Positions 18,568 through 28,782 of a stretch of 62,206 nucleotides of DNA are shown piece after piece. The position numbers and the translations under genes are program-made. The notes below the pieces were generated by a model, which worked only from the letters and a program-made list of their open reading frames with translations, made no database searches and was not told the DNA's origin. How positions within the stretch are numbered: position 1 is the first letter of the stretch; each line of letters opens with the position of its first letter. Source of the stretch: an uncultured Ruminococcus sp. (GTDB lineage Bacteria > Bacillota > Clostridia > Oscillospirales > CAG-272); the NCBI GenBank assembly GCA_964457685.1, contig CAYWFS010000005.1, positions 1 through 62,206 of the forward strand, given 5' to 3'.

Positions 18568-20838
18568 TTATTCGTCTCCCGAATATTCAGCACCCGCACC
18601 GCCGTTCTGGAGAGAGTAGCGTTTTTTGTAGTAGCTTCTGTAGGGGAGATATGTCGAGAAGAAGCCGCACGCAACGGACATAACAATGCTCGTGAGGATA
18701 GCATACCACGGCATATAGAATACATAGCGGACGTTTTCACCCGAGAAGTAAGGCATTACTACGTTATATACATAGAACAGTAAATAGCTGCCTGCATAGC
18801 TGAGGATTATTGAAACAAAGAGTGACATTACAGCCATGCACAGACCGCCCTGGAGGTAAATCTGTTTGATCTCGTTCTGGAGAGCACCGATGGACTGAAG
18901 AATGTTGAATTCTTTTTCTCTCTTTGAGTAGTAAAGCGTCTGTGAGAAGAACCAAACGAGAGGAGAAATAATGAGTATCAGGATTGAGATACAGATATAA
19001 AGCTCGTTATAATGCTTGTCAGCCGCAATAGTGTTTGTAAGAGTTATATCTCTGTTCGATACCTTAACGTCACCGTAGGTATGGCTCCAATTTCTGATGC
19101 CGGCGTAAAGCTCGGTAACTTCATCGGTTGTAATATCCTTTTCAACGTAGATGTTGAATGTGGTTGCCTTAGGAGTCTTGCCTGTTATGGTGTTGTAGTC
19201 TTCAAGGTTCATGAACACAGGTGTGGAGCCTGAGGGAATATCATAAAGAATAGCACCGATTGTGAATTCATAATATTCATAATGGAAGTATTCGATCTGA
19301 TTTTTGAGAAGAGCACGGCCGGTTACGTTTGAGTCAACAGCCTTTACCTGACCGGTCTTCTTGGAGATATAGATTTTGTCTCCTACATTGAACTTGTATG
19401 TGGGGACGTTTGAAATGGAGTCACCGACAATTACATAGCCGCTCTGAAGAACGCTTGTAATATCGCCCTCATAGTCGTAGTCTTCGAGAATCTTTATCTG
19501 TTCCTCGGGCATAGCCTTATAAACGACATCACTGGAAACTCTCCAGTTTTTGTCTCCCGCATCGAAGTCGGAGCCGTTGTAGTTTACGAGGTTCTTGAAT
19601 GCACGAACATTCTTCTTCTCAACTATCATGTGAGATGCGTTTTCGTAAGCTTCCGTGGAGTTATCGTTAATTTCAACCGCACGGACACCGTCGAACGCAT
19701 AAAGCTCGGAGCTCATAAGCTCATCGTATTCAAATCCGGATTCGGAAAGGTCAACGGTGAACTGCGGACGAGGATAGTAAAGGTCTGTCGTGTAAATATC
19801 CGCCATGTAAAGACCCATGATGAACAACGCACAGAATACAATAGCAGTTGTAAGAAGCTGGAGATTGTATTTTCTGAATCGCCAAATGGAGTAGAACTCA
19901 TACTTTACGGGGAACTTTTCCGCAAAGATATTGAAAGAACGCATGGGGGATGTAACGAGGTTGGAGTTGTCTTCCGTGATAATAAGGGACATAGGATCCT
20001 TTACGGACATGACCTTCATAGGAGTCCATACGGAAGCAAGAAGAACAACGAGAGTGAACAGGAATATCTTCAAGATGGAAAGACCGTTGAAGACAAATCC
20101 GTATCCCGATGCATTATACATAAGGAACGAAATAAGAGTTGAAATTCCGAGAGAGGGAAGGAAGGTTACAACGAAGATAACGAACAATTCCCAGAATGCC
20201 GTTGAGAACAGCATTTTGAAGTCGGCACCGAAGGTCAGATAAATACCGTATTGGAACTTATACTGATTGAGTCGGATATTGTAAAGAGACGTAAGAAGGA
20301 ATATTGACACTGCGAGAAGAACAATCGTTATCAAAACGAAGGTCATCGTGTTTGAAGCAATGTTATCCTCAAACGTCATAAGAGGGGTTGTCGCTTTGGT
20401 GAAAGAGTGGTCTGCGTCACCGAGAGCGGCGAGATCCGACTGATAGTTTTTCTCAAATCTCTTGAGACATACATCGAGATCTCCTGTGAAGTAAAGGTAA
20501 ACATCGTAGCGGTCGTCACCGGTAAAAGCGTTGGTGTACTGTTCGGAGGACACTACCTCAAAGATAACGTCGCTCTTAAATACCGTACCCTCGTCCTTTA
20601 TCAGATAACGAGCCTGGTCTTCGTTGAGTCCTTTAAGCACCATATGGTAGTTATATTCTTCCATAACGTGCTGATATTCGACTCGGTTGTTGTTGTCTGC
20701 CGAGACAGTCATCATTCCGTAAAGTACCTGAACGATGATTATCGCAATGAAGAAGCAGAGGTATTGCTTAAAATTGAAGAATACGCTTTTCCATGCGATT
20801 GTTAAGCTTCTTTTTAAGTATTCAAATAGCTTTTCCAA
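18568..20838 (-). CDS. FtsX/MacB-type ABC permease with a large extracytoplasmic domain
   Basis: 756 aa. TM clusters occur at the N-terminus, at aa 160-330 and at the C-terminus, with a soluble domain of about 270 aa between them. The only in-frame start is a TTG (see noticed_but_rejected). Confidence 0.8.
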   Translation of the reverse strand: MEKLFEYLKRSLTIAWKSVFFNFKQYLCFFIAIIIVQVLYGMMTVSADNNNRVEYQHVMEEYNYHMVLKGLNEDQARYLIKDEGTVFKSDVIFEVVSSEQYTNAFTGDDRYDVYLYFTGDLDVCLKRFEKNYQSDLAALGDADHSFTKATTPLMTFEDNIASNTMTFVLITIVLLAVSIFLLTSLYNIRLNQYKFQYGIYLTFGADFKMLFSTAFWELFVIFVVTFLPSLGISTLISFLMYNASGYGFVFNGLSILKIFLFTLVVLLASVWTPMKVMSVKDPMSLIITEDNSNLVTSPMRSFNIFAEKFPVKYEFYSIWRFRKYNLQLLTTAIVFCALFIMGLYMADIYTTDLYYPRPQFTVDLSESGFEYDELMSSELYAFDGVRAVEINDNSTEAYENASHMIVEKKNVRAFKNLVNYNGSDFDAGDKNWRVSSDVVYKAMPEEQIKILEDYDYEGDITSVLQSGYVIVGDSISNVPTYKFNVGDKIYISKKTGQVKAVDSNVTGRALLKNQIEYFHYEYYEFTIGAILYDIPSGSTPVFMNLEDYNTITGKTPKATTFNIYVEKDITTDEVTELYAGIRNWSHTYGDVKVSNRDITLTNTIAADKHYNELYICISILILIISPLVWFFSQTLYYSKREKEFNILQSIGALQNEIKQIYLQGGLCMAVMSLFVSIILSYAGSYLLFYVYNVVMPYFSGENVRYVFYMPWYAILTSIVMSVACGFFSTYLPYRSYYKKRYSLQNGGAGAEYSGDE

Positions 20839-21076
20839 ATCTGAAAATGACAGCTGTACTGTTTAAAATACAGAATAAGCCGCCTTCCTCCTTTGCTGTG
20901 ACGAATTACAAGAATTGCTCTGAATATTATAACATGAATTGAATGAAAAATGTATTATAAATTTGTGAACAACACGGTTTTTCGTAATTTTGGTGTTAAA
21001 AAAAAGACACAAGTTTTTGTGTATATTGTCTATTGTAGTTATTTTATGTACTATATCGGGTGAAAATGAATGCCTT

Positions 21077-21358
21077 TTAAGATATTTCTTCTTCGATTTC
21101 GCAAAGAAGGTTATAAAGACCGTCTTCGGATAAAACACCTCTTTTTAAATCTCTCGGGAGCAGTTTTCGGTCGTCGATGTCGTAGTCATGGAGCCATTTT
21201 CCGCTTGAAACATATTCCGACAGTGCTTTTTTCATCTCCGAGGCTTCACTTGATGTGAGAAGTTCGGGGGTGATTTCGTATATCTCACTAAGCCTGTCGA
21301 ACAGCTTCTCCATTTCCGTCACACGGCGAACAGCTTCACGGATTATATTTTCGTCCAT
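21077..21358 (-). CDS. Small acidic helical protein (DUF4298-like)
   Basis: The start is set to the ATG at 21358, after AAGGAGGAAACATA. The family assignment is from memory only. Confidence 0.55.
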   Translation of the reverse strand: MDENIIREAVRRVTEMEKLFDRLSEIYEITPELLTSSEASEMKKALSEYVSSGKWLHDYDIDDRKLLPRDLKRGVLSEDGLYNLLCEIEEEIS

Positions 21359-21408
21359 TATGTTTCCTCCTTGCATATGATGAATATTTATCCGAGATGA
21401 ATGAGAAA

Positions 21409-21819
21409 TCAGTTCTCGAAAAAGCTTGCGAGGTAGAAGAGATCTATTCCGCCCCTCTCGACAGAATAGGAAACTTCGTCTATCATGAGCATTTCGTTTT
21501 CGTAAACGTAGATTGTGTAAGGCTCTCCGGTTGTGTTGAATTTAACGGTGTAGAGCAAGGTTCCGTCTAAGTCATCCTTGATACACTTTATTCCCTCAAA
21601 TTGCATACGAACCGTGCTTAACTGAGAGCTTTCTTCGAGAGTGATTGTTTCTCCGCTTGTGTTGTCGGTAATATCGACAGACTGAACGTACGGATATGTG
21701 GTTTGCGAGTCGATAAGCGGCGGCAGATTATCACTAAGCTTGTATACTCCGGGGGCATCGCATGAAAACAGCGACAGCATGAGTATTACCACTGCGGTGA
21801 GTGCAAAAAAACGCTTCAT
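21409..21819 (-). CDS. Putative lipoprotein
   Basis: 136 aa. The signal peptide ends in a lipobox-like LFSC (MKRFFALTAVVILMLSLFSCD). GAGGAGG SD. Confidence 0.6.
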   Translation of the reverse strand: MKRFFALTAVVILMLSLFSCDAPGVYKLSDNLPPLIDSQTTYPYVQSVDITDNTSGETITLEESSQLSTVRMQFEGIKCIKDDLDGTLLYTVKFNTTGEPYTIYVYENEMLMIDEVSYSVERGGIDLFYLASFFEN

Positions 21820-21977
21820 TGTATATTATCCTCCTCAATATGGCTTTTTTCTGATTATACAATATTTTTTTCTTCATTTCAATATGATGTGCTTTTTTTT
21901 TAAAAATTGTTTTCACGGGTGCAAAAATATGGTATAATCATATTAATAAAATAATCAGTAGCGGTGAGTGTATAAAA

Positions 21978-24476
21978 ATGAAAAAATTTCTGATAATTGA
22001 CGGTAACAGCATAATAAACCGTGCTTTTTACGGTATCCGTCCCTTATCGACAAAAAACGGACTTCCTACAAATGCGGTGTTCGGTTTTCTGACGATAATA
22101 AAAAAGCACCTTGACGCACTTTCTCCCGATTATGCGGCCTGTGCATTCGATGTTCATGAGCCTACTTTCAGACACAAGGCGTATTCCGAATATAAGGGAA
22201 CACGAAAGGGAATGCCGGACGAACTTAAAGCACAAATGCCATATGCAAAAAAAGCGGCGGCGGCTCTCGGACTTAAAGTTATAGAATGCCCCGGATATGA
22301 AGCTGACGATATAATAGGTACAAGTGCAAGAATGGCTGAGGAAAACGGAATTTTCACATACATTCTTACCGGAGACCGAGATTCCTTGCAGCTTATAACC
22401 GAAAACACGACTGTAATTCTTGCGAAAACAAAGGAAGACGTTGAGTTTAACGAAGAAAAATTCGAGAGCGAATACGGAATCAAGCCGAAACAGTTTGTTG
22501 ACGTAAAGGCTCTCATGGGTGACAGCTCAGACAATATTCCTGGAGTTGCGGGAGTCGGTGAAAAGACTGCTTTGAAGCTTATTCAGACGGCAGGAGACCT
22601 CGATACGCTGTATTCAAGTGAAGATTACTTCGGTCAGAGTGCGTCTGTCGTTAAGAAGCTGACTGTTGGACGTGAAAACGCATTTATGTCGAGAATGCTT
22701 GCGGAAATATCTCGTGAAGCACCGATATGCACGCATGACGAGCTTTTTGCCGAAAGAAGCATAAATTCGGAGGATTTTCTTGCACTGTGCGATGAGCTTG
22801 AATTTAACGGAATGGCGAAAAAGTTCGGACTTGAACAGGCAAGTGTCGAGCTTCTTCCCGAGCTTCAGGTGAATTTTGTCGAAACTGTACCGAGCTTTTC
22901 GGGAGAGACGGTATTCTACACGGACAACTACTTTGCGGCATTTACCGAAGACGGAGTAAATATTTCCTTACTCAGCGGACTCAAAGTCTCCGATGCTGTC
23001 GAGTTTATAAAAAACAATAAAATAGTTTGTCACGACTTAAAAACCATGCTGAGAAACCTCGATGTAAGCGGAGAAGAGGTGGAATGCGTATACGACACAA
23101 TGCTTGCCGTATATCTTTTGAACCCGGGAAAAGGCAAGTACGAGCTTGACGATATTTCACTCGAATATTGCGGTAAGGAATCGCTGTCTCCTGCCGAAAA
23201 AGCCGCGGCAATATACAGAATTTGGAAGGACACCGAAAAAACAATAGCGGACGAGGGCATGAGTTCTCTTATGTCTGAGATTGAAATACCGCTTTCCAAG
23301 GTTCTTGCCGATATGGAGAGAACGGGATTTAAAATAGACCCCGACGGAATCTGTACCTATGCAAAGGAGCTTGCCGCACAGGAAAACGTACTTGCGGATT
23401 CGATATGGATGCAGGCAGGACACAGCTTCAACATAAACTCCCCGAAACAGCTGGGAGAAGTTCTGTTTGAGGAGCTTGAGCTTCCGGCAGGCAAGAAAAC
23501 AAAGACGGGCTATTCAACAGATGCAGATACACTTGAAGCTCTCAGACCGTATCATAGTATAATCTCCGATATTTTACTCTACAGACAGACCGCAAAGCTC
23601 AGAGGAACCTACGGTGAAACTCTTGCGGGACAGGCTGACGAAAACGGAAGAATCCACACACGACTCAATCAGACGGGAACCGCAACGGGAAGACTTGCCT
23701 CCAGTGAGCCTAATCTCCAAAATATTCCGGTTCGTATGGAGATGGGACGTGAGCTTAGAAAGTATTTTGTCGCAGAAGAGGGATACACTCTCATAGACGC
23801 AGACTACTCTCAGATAGAGCTTAGACTTCTTGCGGTTCTTTCCGATGACGAGGCGATGAAAAAAGCGTTTATCGGCGGTGAAGACATTCATGCGGAGGTA
23901 GCGTCACAGGTGTTCGGTGTTGCGATTGACGAGGTAACTCCCGAACAGAGAAGACGTGCAAAGGCGGTAAACTTCGGAATAGTCTACGGTATCGGTGAAT
24001 TTTCACTTGCAAAGGATCTCGGCATAACCAGAAAACAGGCGAAGGAATATATCGAAAACTACCTTGAAACATATTCGGGAGTTGACAAATACTTGAAGGA
24101 ATGCGTTGAAGAAGCTAAGAAAAACGGCTACACGACAACGATGTTCTCAAGAAGAAGAAATATACCCGAGCTTTCATCGACAAACAGAAATGTAAGAGGC
24201 TTCGGAGAACGTGTTGCAATGAACAGTCCTATCCAGGGCACTGCGGCGGATGTAATAAAGATTGCAATGATAAATGTGGACAAGGCACTTAAAAAATCGG
24301 GACTTGACGCAAGACTCATAATGCAGGTACACGACGAACTCATAGTTGAAGCGAGGGAAGAATGTGCCGCAGAAGCCGCAGAGATACTTGTTCGTGAGAT
24401 GGAAAACGCAGTCAAGCTTTCGGTTCCTCTTACAGCGGATTGCGGAGAGGGAAAAAGTTGGTACGAAGCAAAATAA
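21978..24476 (+). CDS. polA: DNA polymerase I
   Basis: 832 aa with a 5'-nuclease N-terminus, polymerase motif A DYSQIELR, motif B KAVNFGIVYG and motif C QVHDEL. Confidence 0.95.
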   Translation: MKKFLIIDGNSIINRAFYGIRPLSTKNGLPTNAVFGFLTIIKKHLDALSPDYAACAFDVHEPTFRHKAYSEYKGTRKGMPDELKAQMPYAKKAAAALGLKVIECPGYEADDIIGTSARMAEENGIFTYILTGDRDSLQLITENTTVILAKTKEDVEFNEEKFESEYGIKPKQFVDVKALMGDSSDNIPGVAGVGEKTALKLIQTAGDLDTLYSSEDYFGQSASVVKKLTVGRENAFMSRMLAEISREAPICTHDELFAERSINSEDFLALCDELEFNGMAKKFGLEQASVELLPELQVNFVETVPSFSGETVFYTDNYFAAFTEDGVNISLLSGLKVSDAVEFIKNNKIVCHDLKTMLRNLDVSGEEVECVYDTMLAVYLLNPGKGKYELDDISLEYCGKESLSPAEKAAAIYRIWKDTEKTIADEGMSSLMSEIEIPLSKVLADMERTGFKIDPDGICTYAKELAAQENVLADSIWMQAGHSFNINSPKQLGEVLFEELELPAGKKTKTGYSTDADTLEALRPYHSIISDILLYRQTAKLRGTYGETLAGQADENGRIHTRLNQTGTATGRLASSEPNLQNIPVRMEMGRELRKYFVAEEGYTLIDADYSQIELRLLAVLSDDEAMKKAFIGGEDIHAEVASQVFGVAIDEVTPEQRRRAKAVNFGIVYGIGEFSLAKDLGITRKQAKEYIENYLETYSGVDKYLKECVEEAKKNGYTTTMFSRRRNIPELSSTNRNVRGFGERVAMNSPIQGTAADVIKIAMINVDKALKKSGLDARLIMQVHDELIVEAREECAAEAAEILVREMENAVKLSVPLTADCGEGKSWYEAK

Positions 24477-24509
24477 ACGTATGGCATTTTAAAATGTTGC
24501 TTTCGTTTC

Positions 24510-24538
24510 TTGACACGGTAAGCGGCATATGTTATTAT
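24510..24538 (+). promoter_or_regulatory. Promoter upstream of the PFK gene (TTGACA-17-TATTAT)
   Basis: TTGACAcggtaagcggcatatgtTATTAT, read directly from the sequence. Confidence 0.6.
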
Positions 24539-24579
24539 AATATGTAAGAATAAAATCAGACACAGAGAGGTATAAAAGT

Positions 24580-25848
24580 ATGGAAGAAATATTACACGGT
24601 GCCGCAGTTGTAGGACAGTCAGGCGGACCTACAGCGGCTATAAACGCTACTCTTGCGGGAGTTATAAAGGGATTTTTCGAGTCCCGTGATTCTATAACAA
24701 AGCTTTACGGAATGAGAAACGGTATCGAGGGCTTCCTTGATGAAAGAATGTGCGACCTCGGCGAGCTTTTCTCCGATAAAAACGGTGAGCTTGACACGGA
24801 AAAATATGCGTGCCTTTCTCAGACACCTGCCGCAGCTCTCGGTTCATGCAGAAAGAAGCTCCCCGACCCTGCAAAGGAACCCGAGTTTTATGAAAAGCTT
24901 ATAGCTCTTTTCAAAAAATACGACATCCGCTATTTCTTCTACATCGGCGGAAACGATTCCATGGATACCGTTGCAAAGCTTACAAAGTATCTTGAAACCT
25001 CCGATTACAAGATGCGTGTTATGGGTGTTCCGAAGACGATAGACAACGACCTTTGTGCTACCGACCATACACCCGGATACGGTTCTGCCGCAAAATATAT
25101 CGCCGCAACAACACAGGAAATAATCCGTGACTGTGCGGTATATACGGTAAAGGCTGTTACCATAATCGAAATAATGGGTCGTGATGCCGGATGGCTTACA
25201 GCTGCTGCCGCACTTCCGAGAATCATAAACGGCACTGAAATCGACTGCGTATATCTTCCCGAGGTTGACTTCTCGATGGAGCAGTTCTACAATGACGTTG
25301 AAAAAGCATTTGAAAAGCACCCGAACGTAGTAGTTGCGGTTTCCGAGGGTGCAAGATTTGCTGACGGTCGTTATGTCGGAGAGGGAAGTCAGTCCGGTGT
25401 TGCCGATGTGTTCGGTCACAAGTATCTCTCCGGCACAGGTAAGGTTCTCGAAAACGCAATAAAAGACCATTTCGGTTGCAAGGTTCGTTCGATTGAGCTG
25501 AATCTTCCTCAGAGATGTGCCGCTCATCTTGCTTCCGCTACTGATATTGCCGAATCTCAGAATGCAGGAAGAACTGCTGTGGTAAAGGCGGCTCAGGGAA
25601 CAAGCGGATGTATGATAGCATTCGTTCGCGGTGAAAACGGATACGATATTACCTTTGAACCCAAGGATGTAACAAAGATTGCAAATGCCGTAAGAAAGGT
25701 TCCCCGTGAGTTCATTACCGAGGACGGAAGCAATGTTACAGACGAATGCCTCGAATACATCAGACCTATGATATTCGGAGAGCCTGAAACAAAATTCGAG
25801 GGCGGTCTTCCCGTGCATTTTGTTATAAAAGACAGCGATAACATATAA
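24580..25848 (+). CDS. pfp: Pyrophosphate-dependent 6-phosphofructokinase (PPi-PFK)
   Basis: 422 aa PFK fold. It has GGNDS where ATP-PFKs have GGDGS, and PKTIDND where they have PGTIDND. This Asp/Lys pair is the established PPi-specificity signature. Confidence 0.85.
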   Translation: MEEILHGAAVVGQSGGPTAAINATLAGVIKGFFESRDSITKLYGMRNGIEGFLDERMCDLGELFSDKNGELDTEKYACLSQTPAAALGSCRKKLPDPAKEPEFYEKLIALFKKYDIRYFFYIGGNDSMDTVAKLTKYLETSDYKMRVMGVPKTIDNDLCATDHTPGYGSAAKYIAATTQEIIRDCAVYTVKAVTIIEIMGRDAGWLTAAAALPRIINGTEIDCVYLPEVDFSMEQFYNDVEKAFEKHPNVVVAVSEGARFADGRYVGEGSQSGVADVFGHKYLSGTGKVLENAIKDHFGCKVRSIELNLPQRCAAHLASATDIAESQNAGRTAVVKAAQGTSGCMIAFVRGENGYDITFEPKDVTKIANAVRKVPREFITEDGSNVTDECLEYIRPMIFGEPETKFEGGLPVHFVIKDSDNI

Positions 25849-25875
25849 TTTTACAAAAAGAAAGAGTGTTTTATT

Positions 25876-26811
25876 ATGGCAGCAAGAATATATAAGGCTG
25901 CGGACGAGATAATAGGTCATACTCCGCTTCTTGAAATGACGCACATCGAAAAAAATCTCAAGATTGGGTCAAGACTTATTGCGAAGCTTGAATATCTCAA
26001 TCCGGCAGGCTCCATAAAGGACAGAGCCGCAAGAGAAATGATAAATGTTGCCGAGAGACGTGGACTTATTAACGAAAAAACGACGATAATCGAACCGACC
26101 AGCGGTAACACCGGTATAGGTCTCTGTTCCGTTGCCGCCGCCAGAGGATACAAAATAATAATCGTTATGCCTGACAGTATGTCAATCGAAAGACGAAAGA
26201 TAATGAAGGCATACGGTGCAGAGCTTGTTCTGACAGACGGTGCAAAGGGAATGCAGGGGGCGATAGACAGAGCAAAAGAGCTTGCCGCCACTATCGAAAA
26301 CAGCTTCATACCGGGGCAGTTTGAAAATCCCGCAAATGCAATGGCTCATTATAACACCACAGCTCCCGAAATTTGGGAAGACACGAACGGCGAAATAGAT
26401 ATTCTTGTTGCCGGAGTCGGAACGGGCGGAACAATAACCGGTATCGGACGCTATCTCAAGGAAAAGAACCGTGATATCAAGGTTGTCGCAGTAGAGCCTG
26501 CCTCATCTCCTGTACTTTCAAAGGGATACAGCGGAAAGCACGGTATTCAGGGAATAGGTGCCGGATTTGTCCCCGAGCTTCTCGATACGGACATATATGA
26601 TGAGGTTGTTACGGTAACCGATGAGGATGCTATTGCCGTGGGTAAAATGATAGGAATGACCGAGGGAATCCTTGTCGGAATTTCATCCGGTGCGGCACTT
26701 TCTGCGGCTATCGAAATATCGAGACGACCCGAAAACAAGGGCAGAAATATAGTTGTGATTCTCCCCGATACAGGCGACAGATACCTTTCAACAGATCTGT
26801 TCTCGGAATAA
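25876..26811 (+). CDS. cysK: Cysteine synthase A (O-acetylserine sulfhydrylase)
   Basis: 311 aa with the PLP-Lys context NPAGSIKDRAA, the TSGNTG loop and GVGTGGTITG. Confidence 0.9.
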   Translation: MAARIYKAADEIIGHTPLLEMTHIEKNLKIGSRLIAKLEYLNPAGSIKDRAAREMINVAERRGLINEKTTIIEPTSGNTGIGLCSVAAARGYKIIIVMPDSMSIERRKIMKAYGAELVLTDGAKGMQGAIDRAKELAATIENSFIPGQFENPANAMAHYNTTAPEIWEDTNGEIDILVAGVGTGGTITGIGRYLKEKNRDIKVVAVEPASSPVLSKGYSGKHGIQGIGAGFVPELLDTDIYDEVVTVTDEDAIAVGKMIGMTEGILVGISSGAALSAAIEISRRPENKGRNIVVILPDTGDRYLSTDLFSE

Positions 26812-26826
26812 AGCATATTTTATAGA

Positions 26827-26874
26827 AAACAAAGCCGTTTCATGACCGAAAAGCATGGATTGGCTTTGTTTTTT
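26827..26874 (+). terminator. Intrinsic terminator after cysK
   Basis: AAACAAAGCC, an inner CATG hairpin, GGCTTTG and then TTTTTT. Confidence 0.75.
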
Positions 26875-27024
26875 GCATAAAAATGATATATATCGACAGA
26901 CAAGTTTCTTTCTGAACAAATTACGAGCATATAAACAAAAAATTAACAAATTATGACTTGATATAATTTGTAAATAGGCGTATGATAAGCGAATGTCAAA
27001 TAAAATCGGTGGGAGGTACTTTCG

Positions 27025-27321
27025 ATGAATATTGCCCTTATAATATCGGCTGTGCTGTCATTTGCTATCGGTGCGGCGGTTTCTTTTCTGAATTATATTA
27101 TCACATCTGCGATAATGAAAAAGAAGCCGGAGCTGCTTTCGGTCGGAATGGTGGTGCGTCAGGTAATTAACGTGTCTTATCTTGCGGCGGTGTATTTTAT
27201 TTCGTCTGCGATGTTAGACTCCGTTGTTTGTCCGCTTGTAGGTGCGGTCATCGGACTTACCCTCTCAATGTTTCTTTTCACATATCTCCTTGTAAAGAAG
27301 AATGACGAAAGAAATAAATGA
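27025..27321 (+). CDS. AtpI/AtpZ-like small membrane protein, first gene of the atp operon
   Basis: 98 aa with 3 predicted TM helices and a GGGAGG SD. The call rests on position in the operon. Confidence 0.5.
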   Translation: MNIALIISAVLSFAIGAAVSFLNYIITSAIMKKKPELLSVGMVVRQVINVSYLAAVYFISSAMLDSVVCPLVGAVIGLTLSMFLFTYLLVKKNDERNK

Positions 27322-27360
27322 TTTGTTTGCATAAAAGAGAAAGGAGATGTATCACTTTAA

Positions 27361-28035
27361 ATGGGTGAAAAATCTGAAGTAATAGTCAAAATATTCGGAA
27401 TTTTCGATATCACCGGAGAAGTGCTTGCGATGTTCGCAATATTGCTTCTCACTGCGGTGCTGTCACTCATTGCCACACGAAATATGAAAATGCGACCGGG
27501 CAAGTTTCAGAACATTATGGAATGTGCCGTTGAAGCCCTTGACAACTTTGTTTCGGGAATAATCGGTAAAAAGCTCGGACGTAAATACTTTTTCTTCCTT
27601 GGATCGCTCTTTATTTTCATAATAATGGCGAACTACTCCGGTCTTATCCCCGGAATGGGTCTGACAAAGTATTTCAAGGCTCCCACATCCTCACTTTCGT
27701 GTACACTCGGTCTCGGCATTGCGGCATTCGTATTCTTGCAGGTTGCGGGAATCAAGGCTAACGTAAAGCATTATTTCAAAAAATTCGTCAGCCCCATGTT
27801 CTTCATGCTTCCGCTTTTACTGCTTGACGAGTTTATCAAGCCGGCTTCACTTGCACTCCGTCTTTTCGGTAACGTGTTCGGTGAAGAAACCGTAACGGAA
27901 GAGCTTTACGGCTTACTTCCGATAGGAGTTCCCGTCATTATGATGGTGCTTTCACTTCTGTTCTGTGCAATTCAGGCAGTCGTATTTACCATGCTTGTTT
28001 CGATTTATCTCGAAGAGCAGGTAGGAGAAGAATAA
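27361..28035 (+). CDS. atpB: F0F1 ATP synthase subunit a
   Basis: 224 aa. The essential-Arg helix context LALRLFGNVFGEE is present. Confidence 0.9.
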   Translation: MGEKSEVIVKIFGIFDITGEVLAMFAILLLTAVLSLIATRNMKMRPGKFQNIMECAVEALDNFVSGIIGKKLGRKYFFFLGSLFIFIIMANYSGLIPGMGLTKYFKAPTSSLSCTLGLGIAAFVFLQVAGIKANVKHYFKKFVSPMFFMLPLLLLDEFIKPASLALRLFGNVFGEETVTEELYGLLPIGVPVIMMVLSLLFCAIQAVVFTMLVSIYLEEQVGEE

Positions 28036-28072
28036 AAAAATTTAAATTAACATAATTAAGGAGTAAATTAAA

Positions 28073-28303
28073 ATGGAACAGTCAGGACTTATCGCTATCG
28101 CAGCAGCTATCGCTATCGCAGTCAGCACAATTTTCCCCGCAATCGGTCAGGGTATCACATCTAAATCCGCAATGGAAGCTATCGCACGTCAACCCGATGC
28201 AGCAAACAATATCCGTTCCACACTTATCATCGCCCTCGCTCTTATGGAAGCTCTTACCATTTACGGACTTCTTATCGCATTCATTCTTTCTTCCAAGATA
28301 TAA
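28073..28303 (+). CDS. atpE: F0F1 ATP synthase subunit c
   Basis: 76-aa hairpin with the loop ARQPD and the carboxylate in [14 protein letters not shown]. Confidence 0.9.
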   Translation: MEQSGLIAIAAAIAIAVSTIFPAIGQGITSKSAMEAIARQPDAANNIRSTLIIALALMEALTIYGLLIAFILSSKI

Positions 28304-28349
28304 CAGAGGAAAAATAAGACAAAATACCGCAAAGGCAGGGTGAAACAAA

Positions 28350-28766
28350 TTGACAATACAGGTGTCGATCCTTGTGTGGACTCTCATATGCTTTGTGCTT
28401 TTCATGCTTATCGTAAACAAGCTTCTTTTTAAGCCTATGCTTGCGATAATAGACGAAAGAAAAGCAAAGATAGAGAATGCCGCACGAAAAAAAGCCGATA
28501 TCGAAGCAACACAGCTCGCCTATGAGAATAATCTCAGAGAAGCCGCAGAAAATGCACGCAGAGCTGAGTCCGAGCTTGCCGATAAAATGCTTGCTGACGC
28601 CGAAATGAAAGCCGAAAATGACATAAAGCAGGCTGAAGAAACAAGTAAACAAAGACTTGCTCTTGCAGTTACCGACGTTGAATTTGAAACAAACGAGATG
28701 GGCGAAAAGCTCAGCGAAAGTGTTGAAGAATTGGCATCGGCATTCATTTCACGTCTGATCTCATAG
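28350..28766 (+). CDS. atpF: F0F1 ATP synthase subunit b
   Basis: 138 aa with a single N-terminal TM helix and then a charged coiled coil. TTG start. Confidence 0.8.
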   Translation: MTIQVSILVWTLICFVLFMLIVNKLLFKPMLAIIDERKAKIENAARKKADIEATQLAYENNLREAAENARRAESELADKMLADAEMKAENDIKQAEETSKQRLALAVTDVEFETNEMGEKLSESVEELASAFISRLIS

Positions 28767-28782
28767 AACGGAACGTATTATC

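Noticed and set aside
20836-20893. A strong SD-like AAGGAGGAAGG lies 44 nt upstream of the only possible (TTG) start of the FtsX-type permease, with a small hairpin in between.
   Set aside because: I could not find a convincing short ORF or a structure that brings the SD to the start. It may just be non-canonical initiation or a chance purine run, and the sequence alone does not resolve it.
20863-21138. 91-aa minus-strand ORF in an AT-rich spacer.
   Set aside because: Its composition is Lys/Phe/Asn/Ile-rich, as expected from AT-rich non-coding DNA. It overlaps the DUF4298-like gene's 3' end and a weak terminator, and it has no SD.
24844-25944. 366-aa ORF antisense to the PPi-PFK gene.
   Set aside because: The reasoning is the same: the sense strand carries clear PFK motifs, and the antisense product has no start context or family features.
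28073-28303. Possible Na+-binding signature in the c subunit (Gln in GQG, Glu and Tyr in MEALTIY).
   Set aside because: The established Na+ motif needs Ser/Thr immediately after the Glu (E-S-T-x-x-Y). Here the residues are E-A-L-T-I-Y, so the pattern is incomplete and ion specificity cannot be called.
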